Positions 9,805 through 18,489 of a stretch of 64,000 nucleotides of DNA are shown here, piece after piece (the stretch's first letter is position 1; every line of letters begins with the position of its first letter). The notes under the pieces were generated by a model. The model was given only the letters and a program-made list of their open reading frames with translations. It did not search any database and was not told the DNA's origin. Location: positions 1,728,001 to 1,792,000 of the forward strand of contig CAXWPH010000015.1 of the NCBI GenBank assembly GCA_963666055.2, given 5' to 3'. The DNA comes from Acidobacteriota bacterium (lineage in GTDB: Bacteria; Acidobacteriota; UBA890; WLXD01). A program made the position numbers and the translations under genes.

Positions 9805-10560
9805 CTAAGAATCCGAATCGTCGCCCGAGCGCTTGTCCGCAATGCCGAGTAGGTGACTCGCCAGCACGATCATCTCCACGGCCTCGGCTCGTTCGATGGT
9901 CACGCTACGGTGGCTGTGGGGGTTCTTGTAAGAGCCGATGGCGCCGGCAAAAAGATGAGCGAGCGCATCCTGCTCCACCTTCGGCGCCTCAGCGTCCGCC
10001 AGAGCACCGCCTGTCCTGAACGCCTTCCGCATCAAAGCGACTCCGATGTCCGTGTCTGCACATTCCGCGGCCTCCCGGACCCGCACTTCGACCTCTTTGA
10101 ATGCCTGAAACACCGCCGTATCGTAGTCGCCCCTGAGGAACAACGCCCACACCTTCTGCGCGATTCTCGGATGAAGCTGGCCACGCGGAAGCAAGTTCGC
10201 ATGACGGTAATCGTGCACCTGCTCACGCGTCTGTAGCCGTCGGCCGCGCCTGGAGATGACCACATCCCCCTCACTCGGTGACCCAGGCTTCGGCACCAGA
10301 AGCCCCTCACGCTCAAGCCAGACCCACGCCTCCATGAGGGCCAGGATCACCTCTTCCCGCGAGTCCTGCGGATACTCTTGCACTGTGTGTTCGAGACCGA
10401 AGTTGAACCGGTTTAGGTTTCTCTGTTCGGAGGCAGGGAGACGGTTGAGCCGTTCCACCAGTAAGCCGGCAAGCTCCTCGGGCTCAAGCGCGAGCACAAC
10501 CTCCGGGTCGGGAATCAGCGAATGGATGGAGCCAGGGACCGCGCCTCCTGTGTCGTTCAT
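9805..10560 (-). CDS. TIGR02391 / Ymh-family HEPN-like protein
   Basis: YDTAVFQAFKEVEVRVR, GVALMRKAF, LFAGAIGSYKNPHSH motifs in the C-terminal half; helical N-terminal domain. Confidence 0.8.
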   Translation of the reverse strand: MNDTGGAVPGSIHSLIPDPEVVLALEPEELAGLLVERLNRLPASEQRNLNRFNFGLEHTVQEYPQDSREEVILALMEAWVWLEREGLLVPKPGSPSEGDVVISRRGRRLQTREQVHDYRHANLLPRGQLHPRIAQKVWALFLRGDYDTAVFQAFKEVEVRVREAAECADTDIGVALMRKAFRTGGALADAEAPKVEQDALAHLFAGAIGSYKNPHSHRSVTIERAEAVEMIVLASHLLGIADKRSGDDSDS

Positions 10561-10760
10561 GCTTGCCCTCTCGTGTCGTTGATCTCGTTAGCCAAGAGGA
10601 GATCGTCCCTCGCTCCAGCGACGGTCACGTGCTGGTACGGTTGCGGATGCAATACAAGACCCGATCGCTACCTTTTGCCAGGCACGACCATAGGGAAGAA
10701 TCCAAGATGATCAAAGCCGAATAGGGAGTCTAGTTGACCTTGCCCCGCTTTCCCGGACAC

Positions 10761-11790
10761 TTAGTTAAGATCCATTGTCGTAGTCGTATTAGCGGCTGTG
10801 GGAGCTGTTGGCAACGCGGAGCGTTGTCCAAGCGACGGTGGAAATCGGGAGTCGATTTCCACGGGCGCGTCAGCTTCCACAGCTGATTGGCCGCTCTGGC
10901 CTGGCCGCCGCATTGCCGCCTCGAACTGAGCCGGACTCTGGTCTCCGATCGAGGTGTGCATGCGAGCCCGGTTGTAGAACACTTCGATGTAGTGGAACAA
11001 CTCGGCTCGGGCCGCCGCCCGGGAACTGAAGCAGCCACCGAGTTCGAACTTCAGGGTAGAGAAGAAACTCTCCATCGGCGCGTTATCCCAGCAGTCTCCT
11101 TTCCTGCTCATGCTGATGGTGAAGCCACGGTCACGCAGCTTGTCTAGGTAATCGTCGCTGCTGTACTGGCTGCCGCGGTCGCTGTGATGGAGCACTCCGG
11201 AACCGGGACGGCGTTGCTCCAAGGACTGATCCAGGACCGCCAGCGTCAAATCGTCCGTCATCGTCTCGCTCACCGCCCAGCCGATGATCCGTCGCGAGCA
11301 CAGATCCATCAGCACGGCCAGGTATAGCCATCCTTCCTGCGTCCACAGGTATGTCAGGTCGCCCACCCAGACGCTGTCCACGGCATCCACCGTGAAGCGC
11401 CGTGCCAGCACGTTGGGCGCCGCTGACCGCCCAGGTGTGGGCCGTGTTGTCACCCGGAACCGACGGGGTTGGCGAGCTCGAAGTCCTTCCTGGCGCATCA
11501 GCCGAGCTACCCGCTTGCGAGAGCAGCGGATCCCTCGTTGCCGAAGTTGCTTGTGGATGCGCGGACTTCCGTAACGGTCGCGGCTCTCTCGGAATGCAGC
11601 TCTGATCTGCACACGTAGACGGCGATCTTCTCGCGCTCTCGGGCTCGGCCCCCTTCCTCGCCACTCGTAGTAACCGCCGTGAGACACCTCGAGCATCTTG
11701 CACAACCGCCGCACCGGGAACTTGCCGGACAGTTGCTTGATGATCGGGTACTTCATCGCGGGCGTTCCGAGAAGATCGCCAACGCTTTTT
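10761..11790 (-). CDS. IS3 transposase OrfB (DDE), expressed by -1 frameshift
   Basis: YGSPRI, WVGDLTYL, HHSDRGSQYSS, CWDNAPMESFFSTLK. Confidence 0.92.
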
Positions 11791-12046
11791 TTAGAATGTC
11801 GCGCTCCTGCCGTACTCGCCGCAGGTCCCGCCGTAGCTGTTGCCCGTCCAGGTCCTGGTCGGGCATCTTCCCCGCGCCCGGAAACGCCGTGACCCCCTGC
11901 TCCTGGAGCTGTTTGCGCCACTTGGTCAACATGCCGCGGCCAACACCCAGATCCCGGGCCACCTCAGACACCGGATGGCCCAGCTGCGTCACCATCCTCA
12001 CTGCCTCAATCTTGAACTCGCGACTGTACCGCCGTCGTGACCCCAT
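11753..12046 (-). CDS. IS3 transposase OrfA
   Basis: RRYSREFKIEAVRMV...VSEVARDLGV HTH; ERDILKKA end. Confidence 0.9.
   Translation of the reverse strand: MGSRRRYSREFKIEAVRMVTQLGHPVSEVARDLGVGRGMLTKWRKQLQEQGVTAFPGAGKMPDQDLDGQQLRRDLRRVRQERDILKKALAIFSERPR
11784..11792 (-). promoter_or_regulatory. Programmed -1 frameshift slippery site A7G
   Basis: Minus strand CTAAAAAAAGC at the OrfA/OrfB overlap. Confidence 0.8.
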
Positions 12047-12107
12047 GCTTCACCTCCGAGCCCATTATCGGGCTTCCAAAGGTGTCCGGGAAATCGGGGG
12101 AGGCCCA

Positions 12108-12440
12108 TTTCGCTGGCTGACATCTTGATTGTCGCCCCGTACAACGCACAGGTAGCTGCGATCGCTGAGTGGGTACCTGGAGCTCGGGTAGGGACGGTGG
12201 ATAAGTTCCAGGGACAGGAGGCCCCGATTGTGATCTATTCGATGGCTACGTCATCCCCCGATGACGCGCCCCGCGGTATGGACTTTCTGTACGACCCGAA
12301 TCGCTTTGAACGTTGCCACCAGCCGCGCCCGCTGCGCGTGTGTCCTCGTTGTGAGCCCGCGGCTCCTTAGCCCCGAATGCAAGAGAGCCCGGCGCAGATG
12401 AAGCTCGCGAACGCCCTGTGCCGCTACAATGAGCTTGCGC
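12108..12440 (+). pseudogene. C-terminal fragment of an SF1 (UPF1/DNA2-like, TM0106-type) helicase
   Basis: DILIVAPYNAQV, VGTVDKFQGQEA, then across frameshifts (R)LNVATSRAR and MKLANALCRY; 5' part missing at the IS end. Confidence 0.85.
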
Positions 12441-12813
12441 GTCGGATCACCACACTGGCCTCGCGAACGGTCCAACCCTGTCGGCGGCGTCGTACTTCTT
12501 ACGCTCGGCCTTGTCCATTCCCGAGGTCCCTTCCAATCTGCCCTTTTGCGCACTAGGAAGCGCGATCTCCCGGGCCAGCTCTGTAAGTTAGTCCGCGCCC
12601 GGCTGCTGGCGACGAGACTAGTACTTCCTCGCGCCGTGGGCCCGTCCGCATCTACGGTGACGGGGTTCCTTCTCCGATCCTCCGGCCTACGGGCTAGAAG
12701 CCTGGTTCATCTGCAGAGGCTCCGCCGGACCGGCGAGATGCACTATGTGACGATGAGCTAAGCACCACAGCCATGTAGCGTGACGTCGGGTCCGGCGCTA
12801 TAACTCTGCAACC

Positions 12814-14313
12814 ATGACAAGACTCGGGATCTGCCTGGTCGTCGTATCGTTAGCGCTCGTGTCGCCATCGGGTAACGCCACCGGACAGCACGCTGGCCGC
12901 CACCGCCTGATCGGAACCGGTGAGCTGATCGCTCCGAACGGTCAGGGACGATGGCAGGGGTTCACGTCGGAGCTGTCGCCCGAACAGCGTGCCACGCTTG
13001 GCTCCGACATCACCGCGGCCGAGTACGCGAGGGTCCACGCTGCGCTCGACGCGTACGAGCGCACCTACGGGTTGCCGCCGGCAACCAAAACTGACATCTC
13101 GACCCGCTACCCCTTTTACCCGCAGGCCGGGGTGCACGAAGGCGACCTGTTCTTTTCTGGCTTCGTCGACCTGGACCCGACTCAAGGAGATGCCGCCATC
13201 TTGGATTGGAATTGCACCGACTACACCTATGATGGGCACCAGGGACACGACTCTGACGTGCGGAGCTTCGCGTTCCAGGACATCGGGGTGCCGATCTACG
13301 CGGCGCTGGACGGACGCGTGGTCGCTGCTCAGGACGGTAATTCCGACCGCTCGACGACGCTGACGTACAAGCCCGCCAACTACGTCATCATCAGCCACGG
13401 CGGCGGTCAGCTGTCGCTGTACTGGCACATGCGCAAAGGCAGCGTCGCGGTCAAGATGGGTGATGACGTCGTAGCCGGGCAGAGCATCGGCATGACGGCC
13501 TCGAGCGGCTACAGTTCCGGACCGCACCTGCATTTCGAGACCTGGGTGAATCGGGTTGTCATCGAGCCGTTCGCAGGCCGCTGCAACCCGGGCGCCAGCG
13601 GCTTCGTCAAGCAGCTCAAGTTCAAGCGCAACACCTACCTGTTCGACGCCGGGATCACCCACGAAGAGCTCCGCACGCTGGCCGAGGACAAGCTACCGCC
13701 CGAGCAATTGCCCTCGTCGGGCCAGTTTCAGACCGACGATGAATGGCTCTACATCTGGTTCCTGCTGCAGAACCTACCGGCCAACAGTACCCAGCGGGTG
13801 GTGTTCCGGCGGCCCAATAACTCCGTCGCGTTGGACACTGGCGCGCGTGAGCTCGGCAACATCGATTCTCTCCACTACAGCTGGTGGAGGCAGCGCTGGA
13901 TCGTCAACGGCATGCGCGTGTTCACCGGCACCTGGAAGCTCGAGTTGCACGTCAACGGCAAGAAGCTCGCCACGATGCCCTACGAGGTCATGACCAAGCG
14001 GGATCCCGAACTGAACCGGGCGCCGGTGGCGCTCAAGAGGGTCAAGTTTCGCAACAAGCCGAAGGCCCGCAGAGTGCCGTTGTGCGAGATCAAGTACCCG
14101 CTGGTGACCGACGACCCCGACTACGACGTCGTCTCGTACCAGTACGTATGGAAAGTAGACGGCAGGGTCGTACGCGACGTCACCATCGCAGCGCACTCCG
14201 ACGCCCTCGCCACCGACCTGTTCACCAAGGGCGACCGCCTAGAGTGCACCGTGACGCCGACGGACGGCGATCTGCAGGCGGCCAGCAAGTCGGTTCGCTC
14301 CAAGGTGAGGTAG
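12814..14313 (+). CDS. Secreted M23 metallopeptidase with C-terminal beta-rich domains
   Basis: Signal peptide; HQGHD (HxxxD), PIYAALDGRV, YWHM, GPHLHFE (HxH). Confidence 0.88.
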   Translation: MTRLGICLVVVSLALVSPSGNATGQHAGRHRLIGTGELIAPNGQGRWQGFTSELSPEQRATLGSDITAAEYARVHAALDAYERTYGLPPATKTDISTRYPFYPQAGVHEGDLFFSGFVDLDPTQGDAAILDWNCTDYTYDGHQGHDSDVRSFAFQDIGVPIYAALDGRVVAAQDGNSDRSTTLTYKPANYVIISHGGGQLSLYWHMRKGSVAVKMGDDVVAGQSIGMTASSGYSSGPHLHFETWVNRVVIEPFAGRCNPGASGFVKQLKFKRNTYLFDAGITHEELRTLAEDKLPPEQLPSSGQFQTDDEWLYIWFLLQNLPANSTQRVVFRRPNNSVALDTGARELGNIDSLHYSWWRQRWIVNGMRVFTGTWKLELHVNGKKLATMPYEVMTKRDPELNRAPVALKRVKFRNKPKARRVPLCEIKYPLVTDDPDYDVVSYQYVWKVDGRVVRDVTIAAHSDALATDLFTKGDRLECTVTPTDGDLQAASKSVRSKVR

Positions 14314-14580
14314 GCGAACGCGCGAAGGAACGCGTCCTGGAGCGAAAGCCTGGGAGCACCCCGGCCAGAAAGAAGGCTGGAACCGTCGACGGAAGAGGAT
14401 TACCTCGGAGAATCGCACCAGGCTCAGCCCTGTTGACACCGGACCAGCGACGAAATGTTAGATGGATGTTAGAGTGGACCAGAAAAGGGGGGCAGGTCAC
14501 CGTGTCCGCCGCGCTGACGCCATCAGACACGCGATCGCGTTCGCCCTCGACGCCGAGGCCTAACCAAGGAGGCACCCTGG

Positions 14581-15853
14581 ATGGGACGCCGAATCCTATG
14601 CGCAGCCATTCTGTGCTGCGGTGTCTTGGTCGCTACGCCTCTTTTTCGCGCAAACGCGCGACGACTTCGACTACTGGGATGCCAACGGAAACGGCGACCT
14701 GACATGCAGTGAAGCGGCGGGGCGCGACGAAGGCCTGAAGCTGCCAGCGTATCGGGACAATCGCGACGGCACCGGCATCATCTACAACTGGCTACAGCGC
14801 AGCAGATCGAGCGATAGCGATGGCGATGGCGTCGCCTGCGAGAGCAGCCCCAACTCCAACGGGTACATCCCTAACGCACAGCCGCCGCCTCCTCCTCCTC
14901 CGCCTCCGCCCGGGGGCGCCTGCCCAGCGAACGCGGAGACCTGGAGCGGGCTGAAGGTCTGCCCAGAGCAGCCGCGGGCCGGCTACGACCGTGACGCCTT
15001 CGGGACGGGCTACAGCAGCCTCGAGGACGACATCATCGCGGCGTTGCCGCCAACGATGAAGGCGAACGGGCAAGTCTACACACCCTACTCCTGCATCGCG
15101 TTTGAAATCACGGCGTCCGGAACCGCCGCGACGGACATCGAGCACATCGTTGCGCTGGCTGAGGCGCACGACAGCGGGATCGCCGACGATCGTCGCCGTG
15201 CCTTCGGCGGCGACATCGACAACCTGACGATCGCAGACCCGACCGTCAACCGGTCGCAGAAAAGTGACCGCGACGCCGCCGAATGGCAGCCAGCTCGCCA
15301 CGGCGCGTGGTTCGCGAACCGGGTGATCCAGGTAAAGCGGGAATACGGATTGAGCGTCGATCTCGCCGAGCGGGCTGCGCTCGAGGTGCTGCTCACAGGC
15401 GGAGGAGCGCAACTGAGCTGCACGTCTGCCCCACCACCGCCGCCACCACCACCACCACCGCCGCCGCCTAACTGGACACACGTCCGTACAGTCTCCGGTC
15501 GCCTAGAAGCATTCGAGCGAGAGGATGTCGCGGTGCGGCTTTCGATATCGCGGCACCGCGAAAGAGTCTTCCAGTACCGGTTCAGGGTCGAACACGCCCC
15601 GGCCTCCCCGTTCCTGAAGACCATCGTGCGAAACCCTGATGGCGACGTTGCCACGAGTGAAGGTCGCGACGGCTGGGTCGAAACATCCATCGGCGTCCCG
15701 ACTCGGCGCCGTACGAACTATCAGTTCGTGCTCACGCGCGTTGCCAGCAGGAACCGGAAGGCGGTCGATTACGACATCACCATCGAACGGCGCGAGGTCG
15801 AAAAGCCTGGTGCCTCATCGCCTCAACGCGCGTCCCATCGCCTGCGGCAATAA
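14581..15853 (+). CDS. Secreted HNH (DUF1524-like) nuclease with Ca-binding (excalibur/EF-like) N-domain and poly-Pro linkers; frameshift in signal peptide
   Basis: AAGGAGG SD then MGRRILCAAILCCGVLVATPLF; removing one T at 14642-14646 joins it to AQTRDDF...; DANGNGDL, DSDGDGVACE, DIEHIVALAEAHDSG, NLTIADPTVNRSQKSDRDAAEW. Confidence 0.8.
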
Positions 15854-16135
15854 GGGGATGATGGCGGCTGAGCGAGCCCCAGAAATTGCAACCGCTACAA
15901 GCGCCAGCCGCTTAGGCCCTTCGAGCCGGGCGGATGAGGTATCCGCCGGCCACACACACACGGGGGGTAGTAGGAGCGGTAAGCAGTACGGCGTTACGGA
16001 GAGCGCCCGCTCATCTAGCCGAAGAGGTCCTATCGCCAAAGATAGGAAATCAAGATGCCTACAAGCGCCTTCAAGTCGAAGACCCAACAGCGTTCCGTAA
16101 GCTTCTGCGCGGAGCCTCGGAGGAGGAGACGAACG

Positions 16136-16357
16136 ATGACGACTAGATTCCTTCGCCGCGCCGACGTCGAGGAGCTGACTGGGCTTTCACGCTCCACGAT
16201 CTACGCTGCGATGGAGGCGGGGGAGTTTCCCCGTCCGGTGCGCATTGGCCGCCGTGCCGTAGCCTGGCGACAGGAGGATATCCAAGAGTGGGCAGATAGC
16301 CGTCCGATTGCCATGCCCAGGGGTGATGAGCCTGGCCCTTCCCCGTCGGCGGAGTGA
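16136..16357 (+). CDS. AlpA-family regulator / excisionase
   Basis: GGAGGAG SD; RFLRRADVEELTGLSRSTIYAAMEAGEFPRPVRIGRRAVAW. Confidence 0.92.
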   Translation: MTTRFLRRADVEELTGLSRSTIYAAMEAGEFPRPVRIGRRAVAWRQEDIQEWADSRPIAMPRGDEPGPSPSAE

Positions 16358-16450
16358 CATCTCCAGTGTACGAGGACCGCAACCTGCGCCTGAGGGTGAC
16401 GCAGCGCGACGGGCAGGCTCTGCTGCACTGTCACACTGGATGGGCATCAG
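16354..16450 (+). pseudogene. Degenerate primase zinc-binding domain remnant
   Basis: SPVYEDRNLRLRVTQRDGQALLHCHTGW resembles CPAHxDxxPSLSV...LLHCxAGC; coupled to the alpA stop. Confidence 0.5.
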
Positions 16451-16456
16451 AACTCT

Positions 16457-17665
16457 CTAGGCAGGACGCAGCATCGGCACCACCTTGCCGCCCTCAGCGC
16501 TCAGGTAAGCGGCCCAGTCGTTCATTAGCTGCCGGCGCCGCTCCAGCAGGTCGGAGCGCGCATAGGCCGCCTCGGTCCGGTCGCGTACTACATGCGCCAG
16601 GGCCGCCTCCATGACCGTCCGCGGTGCGTTGGTGCACTCCGCCGCCCAGTCCCGGAACGATGAGCGGAACCCGTGCGGTACCGCGGCGATACCCAGCTGC
16701 CGCATGAGCTTGGAAAGCGTTGCGTCCGACAGCGGCTTACCAGCTCGCGAGCCTGGGAACACCAGTGTCTCCCTATCCGACAGTGCCCGCGCCTGGCTCA
16801 GGATCTCCAAGGCTCGAGTCGACAGCGGTACCCGGTGGGCACGCTTCGACTTCATGCGCTCGGCCGCAACTGTCCACTCCCCCGCCTCCCGGTCCATCTC
16901 CTGCCACGTAGCCAACCGCACCTCGCCGGAGCGGGATGCCGTCAACACCAGAAACTCGAAGGCCAGCTTCACACTCATCGAGGCATCCGAAGCCCGCACT
17001 GCCTCGATCGCACCGGCCACCTTGGCATGAGGCAAGGCGCGCATGTGGGCTCTGACCTTGCTGTGTCGTGGCAGCGCCTGGGCGATGGCCTCACCGGCCG
17101 GGTTGTCGCCACGGTACCCCTGCGCCACGGCCCACTTCATCACCGCACCGATGCGCTGACGTACCCGCCGTGCGGTCTCCGGCTTGTCATGCCAGATCGG
17201 TTCCAGTACCTCCAACACCTCGGCCGTTGTTACCTCCGACACCGGCATCGCACCGATGCGGGGGAAGGCATACGTAGTAAGCGTGGACTCCCACTGCGCC
17301 GCGTGTTTGGCGTTGCGCCAGCCAGGGCGGTGCATCTCGATCACCTTTGCAGCCGCTTGCGCGAAACTCGGCGTATCCCGGGCCTTGCGCTTGTCGCTCA
17401 GCGGGTCACCGCCAGCGCGTGCCAGCTTGCGGTTTGCAAACGCCACCTCGCGGGCCTCGGACAGCGACACCAGCGGCCAGCCTCCCAGGCCCAGCGTCCG
17501 TGGCCGGCCTTGGATCACAAGCCGCTGCACCCAACGCCGCACGCCCGACAGGTCCACGCGCAAGTTCAGTCCGCTGCCGTCGCAATAGAGACCCGGCGGA
17601 GCATTGCGCACGAACTGGGCGCTCAGCGCCTTGACCGGATGCCTGCTGCCGCGCTGCTTGGGCAT
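16457..17665 (-). CDS. P4-type tyrosine integrase (arm-binding DUF4102 plus catalytic domain)
   Basis: YCDGSGLNLRV, LGLGGWPLVSLSEARE, LTASRSGEV (R), MKSKRAH (K), HGFRSSF (HxxR), LAH, AAYARS (Y). Confidence 0.95.
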   Translation of the reverse strand: MPKQRGSRHPVKALSAQFVRNAPPGLYCDGSGLNLRVDLSGVRRWVQRLVIQGRPRTLGLGGWPLVSLSEAREVAFANRKLARAGGDPLSDKRKARDTPSFAQAAAKVIEMHRPGWRNAKHAAQWESTLTTYAFPRIGAMPVSEVTTAEVLEVLEPIWHDKPETARRVRQRIGAVMKWAVAQGYRGDNPAGEAIAQALPRHSKVRAHMRALPHAKVAGAIEAVRASDASMSVKLAFEFLVLTASRSGEVRLATWQEMDREAGEWTVAAERMKSKRAHRVPLSTRALEILSQARALSDRETLVFPGSRAGKPLSDATLSKLMRQLGIAAVPHGFRSSFRDWAAECTNAPRTVMEAALAHVVRDRTEAAYARSDLLERRRQLMNDWAAYLSAEGGKVVPMLRPA

Positions 17666-17686
17666 AGTGTCCGTCCTGCTGCCGCG

Positions 17687-17740
17687 ATACCGTATGTAGT
17701 GGTTGGGGGTGGAATACCGTATGTAGTGGTTGGGGGTGGA
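17687..17740. repeat. Perfect 27-bp tandem duplication upstream of the integrase
   Basis: ATACCGTATGTAGTGGTTGGGGGTGGA x2 (17687-17713, 17714-17740). Confidence 0.95.
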
Positions 17741-17908
17741 GGGGTTGAACTCGGAAACTACAATCCAATGTACAATTCCAATCTGGAATGTAACGGATTT
17801 CTGTGGAACACGCAAGGCGCTCCCAGTAACTGTAACTATCTGTAAATATTGGTGTTCTAGGACATTTTAGGAAGGTAATAGAACATGACGGAACCGTCAA
17901 ATAGCGGT

Positions 17909-17921
17909 CACCCCCTCCGCC
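17909..17921 (+). other. Candidate att site: tRNA-Ser-like 3' fragment
   Basis: CACCCCCTCCGCC matches typical tRNA-Ser 3' ends; lies where the AT-rich integrase leader gives way to core genes; only 13 bp. Confidence 0.4.
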
Positions 17922-17962
17922 TTTTTCCGCGAAGGCCAGCCGGGTCACGTACAATCCGAGCC

Positions 17963-18298
17963 GTGAGCGCCAGCGAGCTTGATCCACACGACGGCCCGGG
18001 CTTGGTCGATATTGCCGACCCCGTAGCCGCTGCAACGCGTACCGCGGGGGTGGCCGATGACGTTTGCCAGTCGTGTGACGCCCCCGGGTCGTGGACGCTG
18101 AGCAAGCGACATCGATTCAGTCCGTTCGGCGGTGTCACGCTCATCACGCTGGCCTTCTGGGCGGTGCTGCTGGGATGGCTGACGGGATTCTCGCTGCTAC
18201 CCGGTGCGGTGTTCGCGTTGCTGGGCGTGATCTTGATCGCGGCCCGACGCACGGCGCTCGAATGCCAGGTATGCGGCTTCGTCCGGTCGCGCAACTGA
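17963..18298 (+). CDS. Small membrane protein with split CxxC...CxxC zinc ribbon (LITAF-like layout)
   Basis: CQSC, two hydrophobic segments, CQVCG. Confidence 0.65.
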   Translation: MSASELDPHDGPGLVDIADPVAAATRTAGVADDVCQSCDAPGSWTLSKRHRFSPFGGVTLITLAFWAVLLGWLTGFSLLPGAVFALLGVILIAARRTALECQVCGFVRSRN

Positions 18299-18489
18299 CG
18301 CCTCGATAGACGGCGGCTGGCGAGACTGCCGCCGACCGGCTACCATTCCGACGTCGAGGCCGGCAGGGGCTGTTTATCAATCAGGAGTCGATTCGCCCCG
18401 CCGAGCCACCCGCGAGGTTGTTCCTCCTTCCGCGAGACACCCCTTCTGTTTCCATCGAGCTGTGCATCTTGTCCATGGAGAGATAACGA

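Larger units (their letters stand above)
10735..12107 (-). mobile_element. IS3-family insertion sequence, 1373 bp
   Basis: TG...CA ends; imperfect IRs TGACCTTGCCCCGCTTTCCCGGACAC and revcomp TGGGCCTCCCCCGATTTCCCGGACAC; OrfA+OrfB; no target duplication seen. Confidence 0.92.

Noticed and set aside
14433-14463. Sigma70 promoter for the HNH gene
   Set aside because: Perfect TTGACA but no good -10 at 16-18 bp spacing
15934-16146. ORF upstream of alpA
   Set aside because: Possibly a 3' gene remnant, but no recognisable motif or convincing start
17687-17740. 27-bp repeat as a CRISPR array
   Set aside because: Only two abutting copies, no spacers, no cas genes; no CRISPR array seen anywhere in the window
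17700-17950. Intact tRNA gene next to the integrase
   Set aside because: Only 3'-end-like fragments; no D-arm or anticodon arm can be folded
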